Positions 1-19,008 of a stretch of 64,000 nt of DNA are shown one piece after another; within the stretch, counting starts at the first letter, position 1, and each line of letters opens with the position of its first letter. The DNA is taken from positions 31,682,001 through 31,746,000 of the forward strand of contig OZ024745.1 of assembly GCA_964016885.1 (NCBI GenBank). Reading direction: 5' to 3'. Below the pieces are notes generated by a model. The model ran no database searches. It was not told the DNA's origin and saw nothing but the letters and a program-made list of their open reading frames with translations. The DNA is from Eledone cirrhosa (taxonomy: Eukaryota). The position numbers were made by a program, and so were the translations under genes.

Positions 1-5299
<5,299 letters not shown>

Positions 5300-6434
5300 G
5301 TAAGCGGGCCTTAGCAACTCCACTGAAGATGCTCTTCAGAAGCTCCTTGGCTAGCGGTGTACTACCCGGGGAGCTGAAAGAAGGCACAATATGCCCTATC
5401 CATAAAGGAGGTAGTAGAGCGGAGGCCAAGAACTATAGGCCAGTCTCCCTGACGTCGCATATCAGTAAGGTCATGGAGCGAGTCGTCAGAAAGAAACTAA
5501 TCACTTTCCTCGAAGAAAATGACCGCCTGACTAGCACGCAACATGGCTTCCGCCCAGGAAGAAGCTGCCTTACACAGCTGCTACATCACTACGACTGGGT
5601 ACTGAGACAGCTACTAGACAGCTCACATGTAGACGTGATATATCTTGACTTTGCGAAGGCCTTTGACAAGGTCGACCACGGAATGATATGTCACAAACTA
5701 CACGGACTCGGCATAACTGGAAAAGTAGGTGAGTGGCTGCATGGCTTCCTGAGGGACAGAAGCCAGGCAGTCGCAGCAAATGGGGCCCTCTCGAGGGAAA
5801 CACCGATAACAAGTGGGGTGCCTCAGGGGACAGTCCTGGGACCACTACTGTTTTTGGTGGCTCTCTCGGACATGCCCTCTGTGGTGCATGCAACAACATC
5901 CCTCACTAGCTATGCTGATGACACTAAGGTAGCACAGGCAATCAAAAACCCGGCTGACGCTGCCCTCTTACAGCAGGATCTGGATGCCATATACAGATGG
6001 GCGGAAGAAAACAACATGCAGTTTAATGCTGGCAAATTCCAAGCCCTACAATACAAACCTGCAAACACAAACACAAATATAGCGGAACACAGCTACACAG
6101 GACCAGGAGGGACCGATATCCCCGTGTCAAAATCGATACGAGACCTGGGCATAGACATGAGCGATGATGCATCTTTTTCTTCACACATCATGAAGGTGGC
6201 GACAGCATGTAGACGATTCGCTGGCTGGATCTTGAGGACTTTCCTTACAAGAGATCGAGACACCATGTTGACACTGTGGAGGACTTTTGTCCTAGGCCGC
6301 CTGGACTACTGCTCCCAGCTGTGGTCACCCCATAGTGTCAAACTAACCACAGAGCTTGAGGCAATCCAGCGAAGCTACACCAAGAGGATTGCCAAGATGA
6401 GGGAGACAAGCTACTGGGAGAGGCTGAAGGAACT
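5300..6434 (+). mobile_element. CR1-group non-LTR retrotransposon, 5'-truncated RT fragment running into an assembly gap
   Basis: ORF from 5329 carries [60 protein letters not shown] and LDYCSQLWSP motifs typical of CR1/L2-group RTs. Confidence 0.88.
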
Positions 6435-6634
6435 NNNNNNNNNNNNNNNNNNNNNNNNNNNNNNNNNNNNNNNNNNNNNNNNNNNNNNNNNNNNNNNNNN
6501 NNNNNNNNNNNNNNNNNNNNNNNNNNNNNNNNNNNNNNNNNNNNNNNNNNNNNNNNNNNNNNNNNNNNNNNNNNNNNNNNNNNNNNNNNNNNNNNNNNNN
6601 NNNNNNNNNNNNNNNNNNNNNNNNNNNNNNNNNN
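6435..6634. other. Assembly gap (200 N)
   Basis: Run of n characters. Confidence 1.
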
Positions 6635-6685
6635 TATATATATATATATATACATATATATATACATATATACATATATATATAC

Positions 6686-6740
<55 letters not shown>

Positions 6741-6944
6741 CATATATATTTACATATATATATATATATACATATATATTTACATATATATATACATATA
6801 TATTTACATATATATATACATATATATATACATATATATATATATACGTATATATATACATATATATATACATATATATATATATACATATATATATATA
6901 CATACATATATATATATATATAGGTTAATACATATATATAAAGG

Positions 6945-6997
6945 CTGATGAAAACAAATATTATTGCATGATGATATTTGTTTTTGAAATGCGCATA
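6945..6997 (+). ncRNA. Degenerate hammerhead-like motif
   Basis: CTGATGA, a 13-bp stem II (aaacaaatattat/atgatatttgttt), GAAA, palindromic TGCGCA and TA are present, but no proximal stem I pairing. Confidence 0.4.
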
Positions 6998-7141
6998 ATA
7001 AAATACATGGAACTCCTTTAACCATCTTTTGTTCTTATATATTATGTATACTCCAGTCCTACAAACTGTAGAGTGCTTTTTATCCGATATCTGCATTGCT
7101 TTATTGTACTACAATAAAACTCGCCTCCTACATATATATAC

Positions 7142-7176
<35 letters not shown>

Positions 7177-7427
7177 CATACATATATATATATATATATA
7201 CATATATATATACATATATATATACATATTTATTCAGGTTTGTGGTTCACCACTGTATAGAGCTGGTCTATTCCGTATGGTCAATCGTAATGTAATAATA
7301 TAGAGAGTACTCAACATAAAGCAGTTCAACCGTCTTTGTTTTTGTAGTTGGTGGTGCTATTACGGAGTTAAATATTATAATGAAATGATAGGAGGCTGGA
7401 TTTGTGTAAATCCTTGAAAGGTTTATT

Positions 7428-7485
7428 ATACTATGATCATTTCAATGACCGGCTTCCATATGAATCCGGTGATATCATCAGGTAT
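7428..7485 (-). ncRNA. Type I hammerhead ribozyme (family C), inverted copy of 17332-17389
   Basis: Minus strand: atac-CTGATGA-[accggattc/gaagccggt stem II]-GAAA-TGATCA-TA-gtat. Confidence 0.75.
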
Positions 7486-8071
7486 TCGAAATATAATACG
7501 TGAATGTAACAGATAAAATCCATGGGGCTGAAAATCGAGGACCTGAGAGCGACCGCTATCTTGCACCCTCTATCTTAGCCGGTCGCCCTCGAGTGACATG
7601 GCTAAGGCTCACAGTGTGCTACTACCGGTCAGATAAAGGAAAACAGAAAGGGATGGGAACATAAGTTACAAGACAAAAGAAAGAAAGAAAGGAAGGAGAG
7701 AGAAGAAGGGGGAAGGAAGAAGAGGAGAAGCCTTATTTATATTTTGATATATTTATATATTTATACCTTTGCTTTATCAATGTGCTTTTCCACGTATTCC
7801 ACTTCTATGTATCCATGTATTTCTACTCCTCCTATTGGGACTTTTGCTCACTTGTCCCCATTAGCACACGACACTAGAATGTCTCCCCCTGAGAACAAAA
7901 ATAAATATTACCCGACTATATCCCGTACTCTACATGCGACTAGGATAAATTATAGATCTACATAATACAACACTACGGCGTAAATCAGGCTGTCCGTTTG
8001 TTTACAAACGAACAAAGCGAGCATTATAATAAATGTTCGGTAAACTGATACGTGCATATATATATGTGTGC

Positions 8072-8133
<62 letters not shown>

Positions 8134-8299
8134 GCTACTGTACGTCTGTATACATATATGTATGTACGTATACATACATACTTGCATTTAAGTAAGTGCC
8201 GTACTAAGAGTGAGAAATGAAATTTCGTTTCATTCTATTCCATTTATACATATATATATATACATATATATATATACATATACATATATATACATATAC

Positions 8300-8332
<33 letters not shown>

Positions 8333-8342
8333 CATATATATA

Positions 8343-8422
8343 CAAGTGGGAAAACCCTCCGTCCAAACCCATGCAAGCGTGGAACACGGACGTTAAATGA
8401 TGATGATGATGATGATGATGAT
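8343..8422 (+). mobile_element. RTE LINE 3'-terminal fragment with (GAT)n tail
   Basis: caagtgggaaaaccc..ccatgcaagcgtggaacacggacgttaaa(tga)n matches the 3' ends of the longer RTE copies. Confidence 0.85.
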
Positions 8423-8427
8423 ATACA

Positions 8428-8487
<60 letters not shown>

Positions 8488-8586
8488 CATATATATACAT
8501 ATACATATACATATATATACATATACATATACATATAGATATACATATACATATAGATATACATATACATATATATATAGATATAC

Positions 8587-8641
<55 letters not shown>

Positions 8642-8780
8642 CATATATATATACATATATATACATATATATATACATATATATATACATATATATGTAC
8701 ATATATATATATATATACATATATATACATATATATACAAATACATATATATATATATATACATATATATATACATATAC

Positions 8781-8811
<31 letters not shown>

Positions 8812-8812
8812 C

Positions 8813-11800
8813 ATATGTGAATATAGACACAGAATATTCGAAAATATTCTGTATGTTTATAATAAACATTTTGAAGACCTAATCGCTATAGAATAGAATA
8901 CGTCACGTATTACAATTAGATTCTCGATAAAAGCAAGGGAAGTAAGTCTACGCGTTTCATTCTTGTTAGAATTCATCAGGACTACATATCCAGTGCTTTT
9001 ATCGAGAATGACACAGCTAGAGACTTATAGAATACTTAGCTGTGTACAGGAACTGGTTTGAAAGAGCGGTTGCCGGTCCGGCAGAAATTAGAAATTGGAA
9101 TAAATGCTCTGAAATAGCGATATATATGTGAATATAGACACAGAATATTCGAAAATATTCTGTATGTTTATAATAAACATTTTGAAGACCTAATCGCTAT
9201 AGAATAGAATACGTCACGTATTACAATTAGATTCTCGATAAAAGCAAGGGAAGTAAGTCTACGCGTTTCATTCTTGTTAGAATTCATCAGGACTACATAT
9301 CCAGTGCTTTTATCGAGAATGACACAGCTAGAGACTTATAGAATACTTAGCTGTGTACAGGAACTGGTTTGAAAGAGCGGTTGCCGGTCCGGCAGAAATT
9401 AGAAATTGGAATAAATGCTCTGAAATAGCGATATATATGTGAATATAGACACAGAATATTCGAAAATATTCTGTATGTTTATAATAAACATTTTGAAGAC
9501 CTAATCGCTATAGAATAGAATACGTCACGTATTACAATTAGATTCTCGATAAAAGCAAGGGAAGTAAGTCTACGCGTTTCATTCTTGTTAGAATTCATCA
9601 GGACTACATATCCAGTGCTTTTATCGAGAATGACACAGCTAGAGACTTATAGAATACTTAGCTGTGTACAGGAACTGGTTTGAAAGAGCGGTTGCCGGTC
9701 CGGCAGAAATTAGAAATTGGAATAAATGCTCTGAAATAGCGATATATATGTGAATATAGACACAGAATATTCGAAAATATTCTGTATGTTTATAATAAAC
9801 ATTTTGAAGACCTAATCGCTATAGAATAGAATACGTCACGTATTACAATTAGATTCTCGATAAAAGCAAGGGAAGTAAGTCTACGCGTTTCATTCTTGTT
9901 AGAATTCATCAGGACTACATATCCAGTGCTTTTATCGAGAATGACACAGCTAGAGACTTATAGAATACTTAGCTGTGTACAGGAACTGGTTTGAAAGAGC
10001 GGTTGCCGGTCCGGCAGAAATTAGAAATTGGAATAAATGCTCTGAAATAGCGATATATATGTGAATATAGACACAGAATATTCGAAAATATTCTGTATGT
10101 TTATAATAAACATTTTGAAGACCTAATCGCTATAGAATAGAATACGTCACGTATTACAATTAGATTCTCGATAAAAGCAAGGGAAGTAAGTCTACGCGTT
10201 TCATTCTTGTTAGAATTCATCAGGACTACATATCCAGTGCTTTTATCGAGAATGACACAGCTAGAGACTTATAGAATACTTAGCTGTGTACAGGAACTGG
10301 TTTGAAAGAGCGGTTGCCGGTCCGGCAGAAATTAGAAATTGGAATAAATGCTCTGAAATAGCGATATATATGTGAATATAGACACAGAATATTCGAAAAT
10401 ATTCTGTATGTTTATAATAAACATTTTGAAGACCTAATCGCTATAGAATAGAATACGTCACGTATTACAATTAGATTCTCGATAAAAGCAAGGGAAGTAA
10501 GTCTACGCGTTTCATTCTTGTTAGAATTCATCAGGACTACATATCCAGTGCTTTTATCGAGAATGACACAGCTAGAGACTTATAGAATACTTAGCTGTGT
10601 ACAGGAACTGGTTTGAAAGAGCGGTTGCCGGTCCGGCAGAAATTAGAAATTGGAATAAATGCTCTGAAATAGCGATATATATGTGAATATAGACACAGAA
10701 TATTCGAAAATATTCTGTATGTTTATAATAAACATTTTGAAGACCTAATCGCTATAGAATAGAATACGTCACGTATTACAATTAGATTCTCGATAAAAGC
10801 AAGGGAAGTAAGTCTACGCGTTTCATTCTTGTTAGAATTCATCAGGACTACATATCCAGTGCTTTTATCGAGAATGACACAGCTAGAGACTTATAGAATA
10901 CTTAGCTGTGTACAGGAACTGGTTTGAAAGAGCGGTTGCCGGTCCGGCAGAAATTAGAAATTGGAATAAATGCTCTGAAATAGCGATATATATGTGAATA
11001 TAGACACAGAATATTCGAAAATATTCTGTATGTTTATAATAAACATTTTGAAGACCTAATCGCTATAGAATAGAATACGTCACGTATTACAATTAGATTC
11101 TCGATAAAAGCAAGGGAAGTAAGTCTACGCGTTTCATTCTTGTTAGAATTCATCAGGACTACATATCCAGTGCTTTTATCGAGAATGACACAGCTAGAGA
11201 CTTATAGAATACTTAGCTGTGTACAGGAACTGGTTTGAAAGAGCGGTTGCCGGTCCGGCAGAAATTAGAAATTGGAATAAATGCTCTGAAATAGCGATAT
11301 ATATGTGAATATAGACACAGAATATTCGAAAATATTCTGTATGTTTATAATAAACATTTTGAAGACCTAATCGCTATAGAATAGAATACGTCACGTATTA
11401 CAATTAGATTCTCGATAAAAGCAAGGGAAGTAAGTCTACGCGTTTCATTCTTGTTAGAATTCATCAGGACTACATATCCAGTGCTTTTATCGAGAATGAC
11501 ACAGCTAGAGACTTATAGAATACTTAGCTGTGTACAGGAACTGGTTTGAAAGAGCGGTTGCCGGTCCGGCAGAAATTAGAAATTGGAATAAATGCTCTGA
11601 AATAGCGATATATATGTGAATATAGACACAGAATATTCGAAAATATTCTGTATGTTTATAATAAACATTTTGAAGACCTAATCGCTATAGAATAGAATAC
11701 GTCACGTATTACAATTAGATTCTCGATAAAAGCAAGGGAAGTAAGTCTACGCGTTTCATTCTTGTTAGAATTCATCAGGACTACATATCCAGTGCTTTTA

Positions 11801-12530
11801 TCGAGAATGACACAGCTAGAGACTTATAGAATACTTAGCTGTGTACAGGAACTGGTTTGAAAGAGCGGTTGCCGGTCCGGCAGAAATTAGAAATTGGAAT
11901 AAATGCTCTGAAATAGCGATATATATGTGAATATAGACACAGAATATTCGAAAATATTCTGTATGTTTATAATAAACATTTTGAAGACCTAATCGCTATA
12001 GAATAGAATACGTCACGTATTACAATTAGATTCTCGATAAAAGCAAGGGAAGTAAGTCTACGCGTTTCATTCTTGTTAGAATTCATCAGGACTACATATC
12101 CAGTGCTTTTATCGAGAATGACACAGCTAGAGACTTATAGAATACTTAGCTGTGTACAGGAACTGGTTTGAAAGAGCGGTTGCCGGTCCGGCAGAAATTA
12201 GAAATTGGAATAAATGCTCTGAAATAGCGATATATATGTGAATATAGACACAGAATATTCGAAAATATTCTGTATGTTTATAATAAACATTTTGAAGACC
12301 TAATCGCTATAGAATAGAATACGTCACGTATTACAATTAGATTCTCGATAAAAGCAAGGGAAGTAAGTCTACGCGTTTCATTCTTGTTAGAATTCATCAG
12401 GACTACATATCCAGTGCTTTTATCGAGAATGACACAGCTAGAGACTTATAGAATACTTAGCTGTGTACAGGAACTGGTTTGAAAGAGCGGTTGCCGGTCC
12501 GGCAGAAATTAGAAATTGGAATAAATGCTC
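8813..12530 (-). mobile_element. Retrozyme-like tandem array, left arm: about 12 x 311-bp monomers, each with a hammerhead on the minus strand
   Basis: Period 311 (gtgaatatag at 8817, 9128, 9439...). tcatcag (= CTGATGA on minus) occurs at 8973+311k, k=0-11. Confidence 0.92.
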
Positions 12531-15500
12531 ACTTCCCTTGCTTTTATCGAGAATCTAATTGTAATACGTGACGTATTCTATTCTATAGCGATTAGGTCTT
12601 CAAAATGTTTATTATAAACATACAGAATATTTTCGAATATTCTGTGTCTATATTCACATATATATCGCTATTTCAGAGCATTTATTCCAATTTCTAATTT
12701 CTGCCGGACCGGCAACCGCTCTTTCAAACCAGTTCCTGTACACAGCTAAGTATTCTATAAGTCTCTAGCTGTGTCATTCTCGATAAAAGCACTGGATATG
12801 TAGTCCTGATGAATTCTAACAAGAATGAAACGCGTAGACTTACTTCCCTTGCTTTTATCGAGAATCTAATTGTAATACGTGACGTATTCTATTCTATAGC
12901 GATTAGGTCTTCAAAATGTTTATTATAAACATACAGAATATTTTCGAATATTCTGTGTCTATATTCACATATATATCGCTATTTCAGAGCATTTATTCCA
13001 ATTTCTAATTTCTGCCGGACCGGCAACCGCTCTTTCAAACCAGTTCCTGTACACAGCTAAGTATTCTATAAGTCTCTAGCTGTGTCATTCTCGATAAAAG
13101 CACTGGATATGTAGTCCTGATGAATTCTAACAAGAATGAAACGCGTAGACTTACTTCCCTTGCTTTTATCGAGAATCTAATTGTAATACGTGACGTATTC
13201 TATTCTATAGCGATTAGGTCTTCAAAATGTTTATTATAAACATACAGAATATTTTCGAATATTCTGTGTCTATATTCACATATATATCGCTATTTCAGAG
13301 CATTTATTCCAATTTCTAATTTCTGCCGGACCGGCAACCGCTCTTTCAAACCAGTTCCTGTACACAGCTAAGTATTCTATAAGTCTCTAGCTGTGTCATT
13401 CTCGATAAAAGCACTGGATATGTAGTCCTGATGAATTCTAACAAGAATGAAACGCGTAGACTTACTTCCCTTGCTTTTATCGAGAATCTAATTGTAATAC
13501 GTGACGTATTCTATTCTATAGCGATTAGGTCTTCAAAATGTTTATTATAAACATACAGAATATTTTCGAATATTCTGTGTCTATATTCACATATATATCG
13601 CTATTTCAGAGCATTTATTCCAATTTCTAATTTCTGCCGGACCGGCAACCGCTCTTTCAAACCAGTTCCTGTACACAGCTAAGTATTCTATAAGTCTCTA
13701 GCTGTGTCATTCTCGATAAAAGCACTGGATATGTAGTCCTGATGAATTCTAACAAGAATGAAACGCGTAGACTTACTTCCCTTGCTTTTATCGAGAATCT
13801 AATTGTAATACGTGACGTATTCTATTCTATAGCGATTAGGTCTTCAAAATGTTTATTATAAACATACAGAATATTTTCGAATATTCTGTGTCTATATTCA
13901 CATATATATCGCTATTTCAGAGCATTTATTCCAATTTCTAATTTCTGCCGGACCGGCAACCGCTCTTTCAAACCAGTTCCTGTACACAGCTAAGTATTCT
14001 ATAAGTCTCTAGCTGTGTCATTCTCGATAAAAGCACTGGATATGTAGTCCTGATGAATTCTAACAAGAATGAAACGCGTAGACTTACTTCCCTTGCTTTT
14101 ATCGAGAATCTAATTGTAATACGTGACGTATTCTATTCTATAGCGATTAGGTCTTCAAAATGTTTATTATAAACATACAGAATATTTTCGAATATTCTGT
14201 GTCTATATTCACATATATATCGCTATTTCAGAGCATTTATTCCAATTTCTAATTTCTGCCGGACCGGCAACCGCTCTTTCAAACCAGTTCCTGTACACAG
14301 CTAAGTATTCTATAAGTCTCTAGCTGTGTCATTCTCGATAAAAGCACTGGATATGTAGTCCTGATGAATTCTAACAAGAATGAAACGCGTAGACTTACTT
14401 CCCTTGCTTTTATCGAGAATCTAATTGTAATACGTGACGTATTCTATTCTATAGCGATTAGGTCTTCAAAATGTTTATTATAAACATACAGAATATTTTC
14501 GAATATTCTGTGTCTATATTCACATATATATCGCTATTTCAGAGCATTTATTCCAATTTCTAATTTCTGCCGGACCGGCAACCGCTCTTTCAAACCAGTT
14601 CCTGTACACAGCTAAGTATTCTATAAGTCTCTAGCTGTGTCATTCTCGATAAAAGCACTGGATATGTAGTCCTGATGAATTCTAACAAGAATGAAACGCG
14701 TAGACTTACTTCCCTTGCTTTTATCGAGAATCTAATTGTAATACGTGACGTATTCTATTCTATAGCGATTAGGTCTTCAAAATGTTTATTATAAACATAC
14801 AGAATATTTTCGAATATTCTGTGTCTATATTCACATATATATCGCTATTTCAGAGCATTTATTCCAATTTCTAATTTCTGCCGGACCGGCAACCGCTCTT
14901 TCAAACCAGTTCCTGTACACAGCTAAGTATTCTATAAGTCTCTAGCTGTGTCATTCTCGATAAAAGCACTGGATATGTAGTCCTGATGAATTCTAACAAG
15001 AATGAAACGCGTAGACTTACTTCCCTTGCTTTTATCGAGAATCTAATTGTAATACGTGACGTATTCTATTCTATAGCGATTAGGTCTTCAAAATGTTTAT
15101 TATAAACATACAGAATATTTTCGAATATTCTGTGTCTATATTCACATATATATCGCTATTTCAGAGCATTTATTCCAATTTCTAATTTCTGCCGGACCGG
15201 CAACCGCTCTTTCAAACCAGTTCCTGTACACAGCTAAGTATTCTATAAGTCTCTAGCTGTGTCATTCTCGATAAAAGCACTGGATATGTAGTCCTGATGA
15301 ATTCTAACAAGAATGAAACGCGTAGACTTACTTCCCTTGCTTTTATCGAGAATCTAATTGTAATACGTGACGTATTCTATTCTATAGCGATTAGGTCTTC
15401 AAAATGTTTATTATAAACATACAGAATATTTTCGAATATTCTGTGTCTATATTCACATATATATCGCTATTTCAGAGCATTTATTCCAATTTCTAATTTC

Positions 15501-16422
15501 TGCCGGACCGGCAACCGCTCTTTCAAACCAGTTCCTGTACACAGCTAAGTATTCTATAAGTCTCTAGCTGTGTCATTCTCGATAAAAGCACTGGATATGT
15601 AGTCCTGATGAATTCTAACAAGAATGAAACGCGTAGACTTACTTCCCTTGCTTTTATCGAGAATCTAATTGTAATACGTGACGTATTCTATTCTATAGCG
15701 ATTAGGTCTTCAAAATGTTTATTATAAACATACAGAATATTTTCGAATATTCTGTGTCTATATTCACATATATATCGCTATTTCAGAGCATTTATTCCAA
15801 TTTCTAATTTCTGCCGGACCGGCAACCGCTCTTTCAAACCAGTTCCTGTACACAGCTAAGTATTCTATAAGTCTCTAGCTGTGTCATTCTCGATAAAAGC
15901 ACTGGATATGTAGTCCTGATGAATTCTAACAAGAATGAAACGCGTAGACTTACTTCCCTTGCTTTTATCGAGAATCTAATTGTAATACGTGACGTATTCT
16001 ATTCTATAGCGATTAGGTCTTCAAAATGTTTATTATAAACATACAGAATATTTTCGAATATTCTGTGTCTATATTCACATATATATCGCTATTTCAGAGC
16101 ATTTATTCCAATTTCTAATTTCTGCCGGACCGGCAACCGCTCTTTCAAACCAGTTCCTGTACACAGCTAAGTATTCTATAAGTCTCTAGCTGTGTCATTC
16201 TCGATAAAAGCACTGGATATGTAGTCCTGATGAATTCTAACAAGAATGAAACGCGTAGACTTACTTCCCTTGCTTTTATCGAGAATCTAATTGTAATACG
16301 TGACGTATTCTATTCTATAGCGATTAGGTCTTCAAAATGTTTATTATAAACATACAGAATATTTTCGAATATTCTGTGTCTATATTCACATATATATCGC
16401 TATTTCAGAGCATTTATTCCAA
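12531..16422 (+). mobile_element. Retrozyme-like tandem array, right arm: 12.5 x 311-bp monomers, inverted relative to the left arm
   Basis: acttcccttg at 12531+311k. CTGATGA at 12806+311k, k=0-11. Confidence 0.92.
12776..12865 (+). ncRNA. Minimal type I hammerhead ribozyme (family A, representative copy)
   Basis: Stem I agtc(12802)/gact(12837), core CTGATGA, stem II attct-aaca-agaat, GAAA, palindromic stem III CGCG, GUA cleavage after 12836. A 16-bp distal helix attctcgataaaagca/tgcttttatcgagaat closes the domain. Confidence 0.93.
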
Positions 16423-16501
16423 TATATACATATATATATATATACATATACATATATATATATATACACATATATATATATACATATATATATATATACA
16501 C

Positions 16502-16664
<163 letters not shown>

Positions 16665-16777
16665 CATATATATATATACATATATATACATATATACATA
16701 TATATACATATACATATATATACATATACATATATATACATATACATATATATACATATACATATATATACATATAC

Positions 16778-16818
<41 letters not shown>

Positions 16819-16973
16819 TACATATATATATACAGATACATATATATATATATACATATATATACATATACATATATATACATATATATACATATACATA
16901 TATATATACATATATATATACATATGCATATATATACATATACATATACATATATATACATAAACATATACAT

Positions 16974-17311
16974 ATCATCATCATTCCATTTTACGTCCGC
17001 TTTTCCCTGCTTGCAAGGGTGGGACGGGAACTGATTCTGGCTTGATTTCTACAGCTGGATGCCCTTCCTAACACCAACCTCATTTACAGTGAGTGCTGGG
17101 TGCTTTTTTGCCGTGGCACCTACACGTCCACTTTGCAGTGGAATGATAGGGACCCCAGTCCCTATCATCTCATTTCTACAGCTGAGTAAACTGGAGCAAT
17201 GTGAAATAAAGTGTCTTGCTCAAGGAAACAACACATCGCCCGGTCTGAGAATTGAACTCACAACCTTTCGATTGCAAGGCCAATGCTCTAACCACTAAGC
17301 CATGTGCCTCC
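16974..17311 (-). mobile_element. tRNA-derived SINE with CORE-like body and RTE-derived 3' tail
   Basis: Minus strand: A box TGGCTTAGTGG, B box GAGTTCAATTC, tccttgagcaagacacttt CORE-like segment, 3' part shared with the RTE UTR at about 26510-26652, (GAT)n tail. Confidence 0.85.
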
Positions 17312-17331
17312 ATTCACGTATTATATTTCGA

Positions 17332-17389
17332 ATACCTGATGATATCACCGGATTCATATGGAAGCCGGTCATTGAAATGATCATAGTAT
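17332..17389 (+). ncRNA. Type I hammerhead ribozyme (family C)
   Basis: atac-CTGATGA(17336)-stem II-GAAA(17374)-TGATCA-TA-gtat. Lies within a 171-bp segment (17311-17481) that is an inverted copy of 7336-7506. Confidence 0.75.
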
Positions 17390-17520
17390 AATAAACCTTT
17401 CAAGGATTTACACAAATCCAGGCTCCTATCATTTCATTATAATATTTAACTCCGTAATAGCACCACCAACTACAAAAACAATACATATATATACATATAT
17501 ATACACATATATATATACAC

Positions 17521-17563
<43 letters not shown>

Positions 17564-17679
17564 TCCATATATATATACATATAAGTATATATATATATGT
17601 ATATATATATATACATGTATATATATGTGTGTATATATATATACATATATATATGGATATATATATATATGTGTATATA

Positions 17680-17797
<118 letters not shown>

Positions 17798-17833
17798 TAT
17801 ATACACATATATATACCTATATATATATATGTG

Positions 17834-17884
<51 letters not shown>

Positions 17885-17887
<3 letters not shown>

Positions 17888-18100
17888 AACGATCGACTTT
17901 CGTCAAATCGGACCGAGGGAACACTTTTTCCGTTGGTCTTTCCAATTGCTAATACTATCTATCGGTCGCAACTCCAGGTAGAAGGAGCAACTTGAAATAA
18001 AGTGTCTTGCTCAAGGACATAACGCATCGCCTGGTCCAGGAATCGAACTCACAACCTTACTATTGCAAATCCAATTCTCTAACCACTCAGCCACACGCCT

Positions 18101-18104
<4 letters not shown>
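17885..18104 (-). mobile_element. Second tRNA/CORE-like SINE family with a different 3' tail
   Basis: Minus strand: TGGCTGAGTGG A box, GAGTTCGATTC B box, gtccttgagcaagacacttt, then a tail unrelated to the RTE UTR. Confidence 0.7.
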
Positions 18105-18152
<48 letters not shown>

Positions 18153-18189
18153 TACATATATATATATACATATATATATACATATATAC

Positions 18190-18220
<31 letters not shown>

Positions 18221-18261
18221 CATATATATATACATATATACATATATATATACATATATAT

Positions 18262-18312
<51 letters not shown>

Positions 18313-18317
18313 TACAT

Positions 18318-18669
18318 GGAGGCACATGGCTTAGTGGTTAGAGCATTGGCCTTGCAATCGAAAGGTTGTGAGTTCAATTCTCAGACCGGGTGATGTGTTG
18401 TTTCCTTGAGCAAGGCACTTTATTTCACATTGCTCCAGTTTACTCAGCTGTAGAAATGAGATGATAGGGACTGGTGTCCCTATCATTCCACTGTAAAGTG
18501 GTCGTGGAGGTGCCACGGCAAAAAAGCACCCAGCACTCACTGTAAATGAGGTTGGTGTTAGGAAGGGCATCCAGCTGTAGAAATCAAGCCAGCATCAGTT
18601 CCCATCCCACCCTTGCAAGCAGGGAAAAAGCGGATGTAAAATGAAATGATGATGATGATGATGAATGAT
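18318..18669 (+). mobile_element. tRNA/CORE-like SINE with RTE tail (same family as 16974-17311)
   Basis: ggaggcacatggcttagtggttagagc...gagttcaattc...gtaaaatgaaatgatgatg. Confidence 0.87.
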
Positions 18670-18819
18670 ACATATATATATACACATATATATACATATA
18701 TATATACACATGTATATACACATATATATACACATATATACAAATATATATATATATATATATACAAATATATACATATATATATATATACAAATATATA
18801 GATATATATATACATATAC

Positions 18820-18851
<32 letters not shown>

Positions 18852-19008
18852 ATATATATACATATACATATACAAATATATACATATATACAAATATATA
18901 CATATATATATATACAAATATATACATATATATATACATATACATATATACGTATACATATATATATACATATACATATATATATATATATATGCATATA
19001 TATATATA

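Noticed and set aside
5914-5925. CTGATGA in the CR1 fragment (also 47713 in a tail and tcatcag near 23554)
   Set aside because: These are part of the YADD codons, a (GAT)n tail or coding sequence, with no hammerhead stems or GAAA core.
7975-8060. Possible additional ribozyme around cgtttgt-tt-acaaacg
   Set aside because: Only small hairpins are present, with no recognisable catalytic core on either strand.
8813-16422. CRISPR array or plain satellite interpretation
   Set aside because: There are no variable spacers or cas genes, the context is eukaryotic, and each unit holds a full hammerhead.
18318-18390. tRNA gene
   Set aside because: A and B boxes are present, but the sequence runs into a SINE body and tail and has no proper acceptor stem.
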